The notes under the pieces were generated by a model, which searched no databases, had not been told where the DNA came from, and saw only the letters and a list, made by a program, of their open reading frames with translations. The translations under genes and the position numbers were made by a program. Below are positions 24,538 through 31,309 of a stretch of 51,914 nucleotides of DNA, piece after piece. Positions within the stretch are counted from its first letter, which is position 1, and each line of letters starts with the position of its first letter. Source of the DNA: an uncultured Bacteriovoracaceae bacterium (lineage in GTDB: Bacteria; Bdellovibrionota; Bacteriovoracia; Bacteriovoracales; Bacteriovoracaceae); the NCBI GenBank assembly GCA_964352945.1, contig CAYGTU010000002.1, forward strand, positions 1 to 51,914, given 5' to 3'.

Positions 24538-25107
24538 ATGAAAAAGAAATTAGTAATATTATTTGGACCTCCAGCAGTCGGAAAAATGACAGTGGGGAGA
24601 GAATTAGAAAAAATATCAGGTTTAAAGTTATTTCATAACCATATGACCATTGAAATAGTTTTGCCTTTCTTTGAATTTGGCTCAAAAGAATTTAATAAGT
24701 TAACAGGAAACTTTCGAAGACAAATCTTAGAAGAAGTTGCAAAGAGTGACCTTCCTGGTTTGATATTTACATTTGTATGGGATTTCAATCAAGAAAGTGA
24801 GAAAAAATTTATAGATTCTTTGACTTCAATATTTCATGATGTTGGAGGTGAGTCTTTCTATATAGAACTTGAGTCATCTCAAAAAGAAAGATTAATTAGA
24901 AATAAGGGAGAAGATCGCCTATTAGAAAAGCCTTCCAAGAGAAATTTAGAATGGTCTGATAATAATTTAATAACTTGTGATGAAAAGTATAAAATGAATC
25001 TTACTATTGACGACTCTTTTTACTATAAAAACTACTTGAAAATAAATAATGAAAAATTGAGTGCATTTGAAACTGCTCAGAAAATTTCTTCATTTATTGG
25101 TAATTAG
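24538..25107 (+). CDS. P-loop NTPase / small-molecule kinase-like protein
   Basis: Walker A LFGPPAVGKMT at the N-terminus. 189 aa, the size of nucleotide or shikimate-kinase-like enzymes. Confidence 0.55.
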   Translation: MKKKLVILFGPPAVGKMTVGRELEKISGLKLFHNHMTIEIVLPFFEFGSKEFNKLTGNFRRQILEEVAKSDLPGLIFTFVWDFNQESEKKFIDSLTSIFHDVGGESFYIELESSQKERLIRNKGEDRLLEKPSKRNLEWSDNNLITCDEKYKMNLTIDDSFYYKNYLKINNEKLSAFETAQKISSFIGN

Positions 25108-25313
25108 TCTACAAAATGGAGAAGTTCATGGCCTCAACCTGGGTGAGCATGGGGGATATACTGATAAGAAGAGGTCGAATTAATGTAATAAATACATGAT
25201 TCATTTAAGTGAATCATATATATAACCGGCAGGGCAGCTTTCTCCAAATTTGCTGTATAGTCTTATCAATAAAGAATTTTTATAAGACTTTTTACATAAA
25301 AAGGAGAAGCAAT

Positions 25314-25904
25314 ATGAAAAAAACAATCCTAACAATTTCACTTTTTATTATCGCATTAAATGTTTTTGGACAAAACAACAACAATGTTAATGTTGAAGTA
25401 AAAATAGGTAACGATCAGATTAAACATAAGCCAAAAACTAAAAAACCACTTAGTACACTCCTTGAAGGTAAAAATATTGAAATTATTTATACTATTTCTG
25501 CGATTGAGGATAATGTAGATGATAAGACCTTTTTAGGGATTGGCTTTAATGATATTGAGACTGATTTTTATTTATACTGTAAAAATGAGTATAATTATAG
25601 AACATTATTATCATCAGTAGAAACTCCAGAAATTAAAAAAGGTAAATCAGCATCTATGAAGTTTATTCTTCCAATTTCAGAAATCGAAATCTGTGAGAAT
25701 GATGGCGGACAAGTATCCTTTTTTGCTGATTCAAGTGATATTAGTCGTTTTAGGATAATCTTAACTGCAGACCTTATTCAGCAAATGAAAACAAAGGGGA
25801 GTGCTAAAAGAACGAAAATTTCTATTCATAGTGATCAAGCTTTTCTTTTTTGGGATATTAATACAAACAACGTAAAACTTACTTACGATATGAAAATTAT
25901 GTAG
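25314..25904 (+). CDS. hypothetical secreted protein
   Basis: ATG at 25314 follows AAGGAGA. Signal peptide MKKTILTISLFIIALNVFG. The TAG stop shares its G with the REP-like element. Confidence 0.55.
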   Translation: MKKTILTISLFIIALNVFGQNNNNVNVEVKIGNDQIKHKPKTKKPLSTLLEGKNIEIIYTISAIEDNVDDKTFLGIGFNDIETDFYLYCKNEYNYRTLLSSVETPEIKKGKSASMKFILPISEIEICENDGGQVSFFADSSDISRFRIILTADLIQQMKTKGSAKRTKISIHSDQAFLFWDINTNNVKLTYDMKIM

Positions 25905-25955
25905 GTGCCAGCAGACTATCGTGGAGACGGTGCTTCCACTAAAGTCTAGTGGCAC
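25904..25955 (+). repeat. REP-like palindromic element (full length)
   Basis: GGTGCCAGCAGACT ATCGT GGAGACGGTGCTTCC ACTAA AGTCTAGTGGCAC. Confidence 0.9.
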
Positions 25956-26490
25956 CAACTTGGCCAACTTGAATGACAACTCTTTGATCATCATTGGCCA
26001 AATACATGATTGAATCTTCGATGATACAAGTAAGCTTCATAGATTTTTCTACAAGCTTTTCTAGTGGGCCATCTTCAGTAATTTCAAGATTGAAAATATT
26101 AACTTTATCATTTTCACTAAATTTTTCTTGGATTTTTGGCAACCAATCTTCAGCTTTCTTTTTATGATAAGTATAAATACTAACTTTTTTTGATTTCCCA
26201 GCCGCTTGTTTAATTCTTTTTTCATCTGGAAGGCCAAGTTCTATCCAATGTATTATCTCTCCAGTTAAACTGGTTTGCCATAATTCGGGTTCTTCTACGT
26301 TACCTAATCCCTGTGTGAATTTTAAGTCGGCATCATGAGCATTATGTATAAAGGCTAATAGACGATACATCATACGATCTTCATTTTCAGACGGATGCTT
26401 GGCCATTGTCAGGTCAAACTCTTGATAAAAATTAAGATCAACATTGGAGATGAAAATATTTAATTTATAAATAGATGCACTAAGTGCCAT
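25939..26490 (-). CDS. yaeQ: YaeQ-family protein
   Basis: MALSASIYKLNIFISNVDLNFYQEFDLTMAKHPSENEDRMMYRLLAFIHNAH...LKFTQGLGNVEEPELW matches my recollection of the E. coli YaeQ N-terminal pattern. The last codons and the stop lie in the REP right arm. Confidence 0.8.
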   Translation of the reverse strand: MALSASIYKLNIFISNVDLNFYQEFDLTMAKHPSENEDRMMYRLLAFIHNAHDADLKFTQGLGNVEEPELWQTSLTGEIIHWIELGLPDEKRIKQAAGKSKKVSIYTYHKKKAEDWLPKIQEKFSENDKVNIFNLEITEDGPLEKLVEKSMKLTCIIEDSIMYLANDDQRVVIQVGQVGATRL

Positions 26491-26511
26491 TTGTTATCCT
26501 AATTTTTTAAA

Positions 26512-26563
26512 GGTGCCAGCAGACTAGCGTGGAGACGGTGCATCCACTAAAGTCTAGTGGCAC
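26512..26563 (+). repeat. REP-like palindromic element (full length)
   Basis: GGTGCCAGCAGACT AGCGT GGAGACGGTGCATCC ACTAA AGTCTAGTGGCAC. Confidence 0.9.
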
Positions 26564-27273
26564 TAATACGTTAATTGTAAATCGACAACAAGATAATGAA
26601 ATTGGCTATAGGTATAAACTTTTTCATTATCTGCTCCACCATCAAGCGAGCGAGATCCAATACTTGCTTTAGTATTTTTTGTTAACGATTTTCTAAACTT
26701 TAGAGTCAGATCAATCGCCCTGCCTTGTGAGGCTGCTGCAAAATCCGCATCAGTATAGAATTGCCAGCCATCTGATAAATTCGTCTCATATGAAAAATAG
26801 AAAAGTGGAACGAGTCCAATATTATCGTATTCTTCTTTTAGTGAGCCTTGTTCAAAACGAATCAGTGCATCTCTTTGCTTTAATGTTAGTCCAATTTTTA
26901 GATTTGTAGAAAGAGAGTATACATAACCAATTCGGTAGGAGTTAAATTGATAGGTTATATCTATATCTTCATTTTTTAAGAATGTACTACCATCAAAAAC
27001 GATATCTTTTTTTGATTTACCTGAAACTTCAATACTAAACGGAGCGTAAATAATTCTAATTCCATGCTTTTGTGGGCCCTGATAATGAAGCTCCAAACGT
27101 TTTTGAGTAAATGGGCCAGAGTCAAACTGATCAAACTCGAGTTGATTTCCTGTCTTAGGAGGTATCTTTGCATCATTTCTTTGTTGCCAAACTAAGCCTG
27201 ATTCAACTTGAAGAGTTAAGCTAGCGTGTGCGTTTGATAAAAGTAAAAGTAGAATTAAATATTTCATTTTCAT
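26563..27273 (-). CDS. outer-membrane beta-barrel protein
   Basis: Signal peptide MKMKYLILLLLLSNAHA. Alternating beta-strand pattern. C-terminal LQLTY. The stop codon shares a base with the REP end. Confidence 0.6.
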   Translation of the reverse strand: MKMKYLILLLLLSNAHASLTLQVESGLVWQQRNDAKIPPKTGNQLEFDQFDSGPFTQKRLELHYQGPQKHGIRIIYAPFSIEVSGKSKKDIVFDGSTFLKNEDIDITYQFNSYRIGYVYSLSTNLKIGLTLKQRDALIRFEQGSLKEEYDNIGLVPLFYFSYETNLSDGWQFYTDADFAAASQGRAIDLTLKFRKSLTKNTKASIGSRSLDGGADNEKVYTYSQFHYLVVDLQLTY

Positions 27274-27341
27274 CTCATGGTTTATTTAGTTTAAAGAGGT
27301 ATTGTCTAAGTTGATTTATAGCCTGTAAAGCTTTAAAATAA

Positions 27342-27393
27342 GGTGCCAGTAGACTATATTGGAGACGGTGCTTCCACTAAAGTCTAGTGGCAC
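27342..27393 (+). repeat. REP-like palindromic element (full length)
   Basis: GGTGCCAGTAGACT ATATT GGAGACGGTGCTTCC ACTAA AGTCTAGTGGCAC. Confidence 0.9.
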
Positions 27394-27407
27394 CATTTGA
27401 GAAAAAC

Positions 27408-28130
27408 ATGAAAAAATATATCATCATTTCACTTGGAAGGTTGGGACAAGCCTTCTATCATTCTGTAGTTAATCATCATCAAGTATTAGGAACGTATTGT
27501 ACTCATGCCAAGAGTTTAGATGGAGAGGTTCAATACAACTTTCAGTGTGACTCTATACCAAATGCGCTTGAAAATAGTGATGTTGTTTTATTTAACTTAA
27601 CTCCATCTACGATTAAAGATATAACATATTTTAAGAGATTTTTATCCTCAATCAAAACTAAGAAGTTCATTTTTATTAGCTCAACATCAGTTTACGGGAA
27701 TCAAGGAGAAGTCGATGAAGATACCGAAGCCCTTCCTGAAACTTCTTCAGGAAAACTTCTAAGAGAGTGTGAACAGTTACTTTTAAATTCAGACTTAGAT
27801 GTGGCTATTATTAGACCTTCAGGCTTATACAGTGATAACTTTCATCCAGGAAAATACATGGCAGGTAGGACTCTAGATATCAACGGTGCTTCTTCTGTTA
27901 ATCTAATTCACATTGATGATTTAGTGAAAATTATCAATGTGGCCAAAGAAAAAAAATATCCAATAATAAATGCTACTAATATTAATCACCCCAGTAAAAA
28001 AGAATATTATGTGAAGTATTGTGAGACAAATAATTTAGCTATTCCTAAGTTTCTAAATAAAGATATAGTTCAAGATAAAATCATTCATACTAAATACAAA
28101 GAATTTGAAGTTCAAAACGTGTTACCTTAA
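27408..28130 (+). CDS. NAD-dependent epimerase/dehydratase-like (atypical SDR) protein
   Basis: ATG at 27408 (the track GTG at 27387 lies inside the REP). FIFISSTSVYG and AIIRPSGLY resemble extended-SDR motifs. Confidence 0.5.
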   Translation: MKKYIIISLGRLGQAFYHSVVNHHQVLGTYCTHAKSLDGEVQYNFQCDSIPNALENSDVVLFNLTPSTIKDITYFKRFLSSIKTKKFIFISSTSVYGNQGEVDEDTEALPETSSGKLLRECEQLLLNSDLDVAIIRPSGLYSDNFHPGKYMAGRTLDINGASSVNLIHIDDLVKIINVAKEKKYPIINATNINHPSKKEYYVKYCETNNLAIPKFLNKDIVQDKIIHTKYKEFEVQNVLP

Positions 28131-28134
28131 AGTA

Positions 28135-28166
28135 GTGGCAGCAAGCTATCATGGGAATGCGAATTC
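28135..28166 (+). repeat. REP-like element, degenerate left half
   Basis: GTGGCAGCAAGCTATCATGGGAATGCGAATTC versus consensus GTGCCAGCAGACTATCNTGGAGACGGTGCTTCC. Confidence 0.5.
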
Positions 28167-28259
28167 ATAAATATTTATGTAGATATGTATTATGTCTAAC
28201 AATTGTAGGTTAGAATAATGACTTAAATAGTGTATGATAATCATAAAAAAGAGGGATAT

Positions 28260-28430
28260 ATGTTTGGTTTTTTATCCAGTAAGCCTGAAGAAAAGCTCCA
28301 AAAAGAATACGAGCGTTTGTTAAAAGAGGCAGTTGATGCTCAAAGAAATGGTGATATTAAAAAATACTCTGAACTACACTTTGAGGCCGACAAGATATTA
28401 AAAGAAATTGATAAGCTTCTAGAAAAATAA
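28260..28430 (+). CDS. small Lacal_2735-like protein
   Basis: MFGFLSSKPEEKLQKEYERLLKEAVDAQRNGDIKKY... matches the short conserved family as I recall it. RBS AGAGGGA. Confidence 0.5.
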   Translation: MFGFLSSKPEEKLQKEYERLLKEAVDAQRNGDIKKYSELHFEADKILKEIDKLLEK

Positions 28431-28468
28431 ATATTTTGATACCTTTTATATATATCAGTGAAATACTT

Positions 28469-28569
28469 GTAGATGATAGACCTTTTTAGGTATTGGCTTA
28501 ATGATATTGAGACTGATTTTTATTGATACTTTAAAAACGAATCTTATTGAGCAGATAAAATCTAAGGGT
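28469..28569 (+). pseudogene. decayed, internally deleted copy of gene 25314..25904
   Basis: Nucleotide similarity to 25516-25590 and 25771-25800. 1-nt indels and a deletion of roughly 190 bp between the two blocks. Confidence 0.7.
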
Positions 28570-28642
28570 ATTTTATGCCGTCGTATACACGCTCACTTAA
28601 AAGCTTTTATAATATAAGTATTAATATTTTAAGGGAGCGTGA

Positions 28643-28924
28643 GTGAAATCAATTATTTTTGTCTTATTAATGAGTTTATCTTTATCAGTTTATGCAATGA
28701 GTGGAAAAAGCTCTGAAGATCACAAACATAATGATGAAGATTCACATTTTGAACATAAAGAACATGGACATCACACACATCACCATGAACACCATAAGGA
28801 TCATAAGCATAAACATAAAAAAGGATGTGGGCATAAGTCCACTAAGCATGACGATCATGAAGATTACAAGCACGATGAACATAATCACCATCAAGTAGAT
28901 GGGCATACTCACGATTGTGAATAG
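28643..28924 (+). CDS. secreted His-rich protein
   Basis: GTG start after AAGGGAG. Signal peptide MKSIIFVLLMSLSLSVYA. The mature part is dominated by H, K, D and E (HGHHTHHHEHHKDHKHKHKK). Confidence 0.65.
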   Translation: MKSIIFVLLMSLSLSVYAMSGKSSEDHKHNDEDSHFEHKEHGHHTHHHEHHKDHKHKHKKGCGHKSTKHDDHEDYKHDEHNHHQVDGHTHDCE

Positions 28925-28975
28925 GTGCCAGCAGACTAGCGTGGAGGCAGCGCTTCCACTAAAGTCTAGTGGCAC
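28924..28975 (+). repeat. REP-like palindromic element (full length; strengthened inner stem)
   Basis: GGTGCCAGCAGACT AGCGT GGAGGCAGCGCTTCC ACTAA AGTCTAGTGGCAC. Sits between the TAG stop of 28643..28924 and the RAYT stop 2 nt away. Confidence 0.9.
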
Positions 28976-28977
28976 TT

Positions 28978-29589
28978 CTAGAGTAAATAATCTGTCATTG
29001 GATCTTTTAGTTTTGTTAAAATAGTATTTCGTAAACCCCTTTTTACTGCTGTTAACTCTCTTTCATCTATATATTGATTTAACCATTGGGTTTTGTATTC
29101 ATCTACAAAACCCAGCTTATCAAAGAGCTGTACTGAAAAGTTTTTATTTTTATGCTTGTAGTACAAAGTACTAAAGGGATAGTCTTCACATTGCTCAACT
29201 AGGTTTGCTCGAAGTGGATTTTGGTAAACATAGCGATAGCAATTGGCAAAATATTTTTGAGATTGAATCATGCACCATTTGTATCTTCCGCCAAAAATTC
29301 TATTGATACGATCACTTTTAATTCTGATAGAAAGACTAATCATTTTATTAAATTCATACATAAAAAGATCGAGATTTTCTTCAGGTGTTTTAATGAGTAG
29401 GTGATAATGATTACTCATAAGTACGAAACTGATAATATCCACTGGGTATTTACTGTTGGCATGCTTTAGGGCGTTTTGACATATTTCCCATACTTGGGGC
29501 ATAGGTAGATCAAACCATTCTTTATTATTTGATCTCGAAGTTACATGATAAGGATAAATTGAATTTCTAATGAGTGGTTTGCGCGGCAT
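28978..29589 (-). CDS. rayT: REP-associated tyrosine transposase-like protein (IS200/IS605 Y1 HUH family)
   Basis: YPYHVTSRSNNKEWF (first strand). FVLMSNHYHLLIKTP (HUH = HYH). GGRYKWCMIQSQKYFANCYRYVYQNPLRANLV (catalytic Tyr helix). About 200 aa. Flanked by REP-like elements. Confidence 0.8.
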   Translation of the reverse strand: MPRKPLIRNSIYPYHVTSRSNNKEWFDLPMPQVWEICQNALKHANSKYPVDIISFVLMSNHYHLLIKTPEENLDLFMYEFNKMISLSIRIKSDRINRIFGGRYKWCMIQSQKYFANCYRYVYQNPLRANLVEQCEDYPFSTLYYKHKNKNFSVQLFDKLGFVDEYKTQWLNQYIDERELTAVKRGLRNTILTKLKDPMTDYLL

Positions 29590-29707
29590 GGTTCTCCTAA
29601 GTTAAATACAAAAGTGGACTCCTTTATAGAGCATTTTTGTAAATGCAATTTTTGGGAAAGATAGTAGTAGTTAATGCTTTAAAATTATTTGTTTTTTATT
29701 ATAGAGA

Positions 29708-29743
29708 GGGGAAAAGCGTCGCTTCCAATATAGTCGCTGGCGA
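29708..29743 (+). repeat. REP-like element, degenerate right half
   Basis: GGGGAAAAGCGTCGCTTCCAATATAGTCGCTGGCGAC versus consensus GGAGACGGTGCTTCCACTAAAGTCTGCTGGCAC. Confidence 0.5.
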
Positions 29744-29833
29744 CAGCATTCTTAAGCTGCAAAAGATCTGTCTAAGCAAATATCATTTAATAAATTAAAA
29801 GTTTAATATATTCTTGAATTCTAGAGGGCACTC

Positions 29834-30049
29834 ATGAATTCGTATAATAAAGGTCAAAAAGTTTTTTGGAAATGGATGGGAAGAGAAATTTTTGGCGAAA
29901 TTCTTGAAATTCATCTCGGCCCCATTGAAAAAACTCTCAAAGAAAAAATAATCAAAAGAAATGGTAGTGTTGAAAAACCGGCTTATCTAGTTAGATCAGA
30001 AGCGGGAAATCTCGCCCTTAAGTTACATACTGAATTAAGTGCCAGCTGA
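29834..30049 (+). CDS. DUF2945 (hypervirulence-associated TUDOR-like) protein
   Basis: KGQKVFWKWMGREIFGEILEI...KRNGSVEKPAYLVRSEAGNLALK fits the family pattern. The last 3 codons and the TGA stop lie in the REP left arm. Confidence 0.6.
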   Translation: MNSYNKGQKVFWKWMGREIFGEILEIHLGPIEKTLKEKIIKRNGSVEKPAYLVRSEAGNLALKLHTELSAS

Positions 30050-30089
30050 CTATCTTGGAGACGGTGTTTCCACTAAAGTCTACTGGCAC
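30039..30089 (+). repeat. REP-like palindromic element (full length, last copy)
   Basis: GTGCCAGCTGACT ATCTT GGAGACGGTGTTTCC ACTAA AGTCTACTGGCAC. Confidence 0.9.
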
Positions 30090-30147
30090 CTAGCACAGCT
30101 TGTCGAATATACTTATATTTGCTATACCCTCTATAATTAGGAAATCA

Positions 30148-31182
30148 ATGAAAAATTCATTTTATCAATATAGCTTTAGTGATCTTCAGTCTTTATTTAC
30201 TGAAAAGGGACTACCTGTATCAGGAGCAAGTCTTTTATATAACTGGCATTACAAAAAAAGAAAAAGTGAAGCTTGCCTAGAAAATTTAGCTAAAAAGACT
30301 ATTGAATTTATTGCAGAAAATGTAAATTTTGACCTTCCAGAAATAGATACCATTCAAGAATCAACAGATAAGACTGTAAAATTTCTTTTTAAATTAAAGT
30401 GTGGAAAAAAAGTTGAAACAGTTTTAATCCCTTTTAATCAAAAATATAGTATCTGTCTTTCTTCTCAAGTAGGCTGTGCCATGAACTGCAGTTTTTGTTA
30501 TACTGGTACTCAAGGTCTTTCTAGGCATTTAGATTGTAGTGAAATTATAGGGCAATTTTTAAAGGCGCAAATTTGGCTAACAGAAAATAGACCCGATGAT
30601 GATAAAATATTAAATATTGTATTCATGGGACAAGGCGAGCCTCTACATAATTTTGATGCCGTTAAAAAGGCTTGTGAGATTTTTCTAAGTCAACACGGCC
30701 TTTCCTTAGCACGTGAAAAAATAACGATTTCCACTGCCGGTTATTTACCAGGTTTGAAGAGATGGAAAGAAGAGATGCCGGATGTGAATATTGCTCTTTC
30801 CTTTCATTCTCCTTTTACAGATAAAAGAAACAAGCTTATTCCAATTAATCAAAAATATCCTCTTAATGAGGTACTTGATTTTGTTGAAGACATTCCAAAA
30901 GGGAAAAACAGATTTGTTACCTATGAGTACCTTTTAATTAAAGACTTTAATGACTCTGCTGAAGACGCAAAAGCAACGGGAGAGATGTTAAAGGGTAAGA
31001 ATGCTTATTTAAACCTTATTCCTTTTAATCCCTTTCCTGGGGCAAATTATGAAAGACCTTTAGATAGTAGGGTTGAAGAATTCAAATCCATTATCGATTC
31101 TTTTAAAATCCCAGCTCTTATCAGAAAGACCAAAGGTGATGAGATTCTAGCTGCCTGTGGTCAATTAAATACAAAATTCTAA
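30148..31182 (+). CDS. rlmN: 23S rRNA/tRNA m2A methyltransferase RlmN (radical SAM)
   Basis: SSQVGCAMNCSFCYTG (CxxxCxxC), FMGQGEPL, NLIPFNP, GDEILAACGQL. ATG at 30148 follows AGGAAA. Confidence 0.9.
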   Translation: MKNSFYQYSFSDLQSLFTEKGLPVSGASLLYNWHYKKRKSEACLENLAKKTIEFIAENVNFDLPEIDTIQESTDKTVKFLFKLKCGKKVETVLIPFNQKYSICLSSQVGCAMNCSFCYTGTQGLSRHLDCSEIIGQFLKAQIWLTENRPDDDKILNIVFMGQGEPLHNFDAVKKACEIFLSQHGLSLAREKITISTAGYLPGLKRWKEEMPDVNIALSFHSPFTDKRNKLIPINQKYPLNEVLDFVEDIPKGKNRFVTYEYLLIKDFNDSAEDAKATGEMLKGKNAYLNLIPFNPFPGANYERPLDSRVEEFKSIIDSFKIPALIRKTKGDEILAACGQLNTKF

Positions 31183-31309
31183 TTACGCTTTATGTCTTAG
31201 AGTATTTGCAATTAATACATTGATTTAATCGATGTATTAGTACGTTATTATGTAATTTAATCAATAGGATAAAAAGGTATAGTCATTGAGGGTGAAGAGA
31301 AGGAGAAAA

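Noticed and set aside
28701-28975. ORFs 28701..28898 (+) and 28742..28975 (-) overlapping the His-rich gene
   Set aside because: These are alternative-frame and antisense shadows of low-complexity CAT/CAC-rich coding sequence. Only frame 28643..28924 has an RBS, a signal peptide and a stop at the element.
16707-30089. Could the regularly recurring 52-bp palindromic repeats be a CRISPR array?
   Set aside because: The repeats are 0.3-1.7 kb apart with complete genes between them, not 25-70 bp spacers. No cas genes are present. The repeat has an asymmetric internal loop and sequence variants typical of REP-like elements.
16707-30089. Classical integron attC sites / cassette array
   Set aside because: The elements lack the RYYYAAC / GTTRRRY core sites, and no intI-type tyrosine recombinase or attI is visible in the window. 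Only the architectural analogy is kept, as a hypothesis in the findings.
16707-30089. The elements as rho-independent terminators
   Set aside because: None of the hairpins is followed by a T-tract. Bona fide terminators in this window (9897, 32165) look different.
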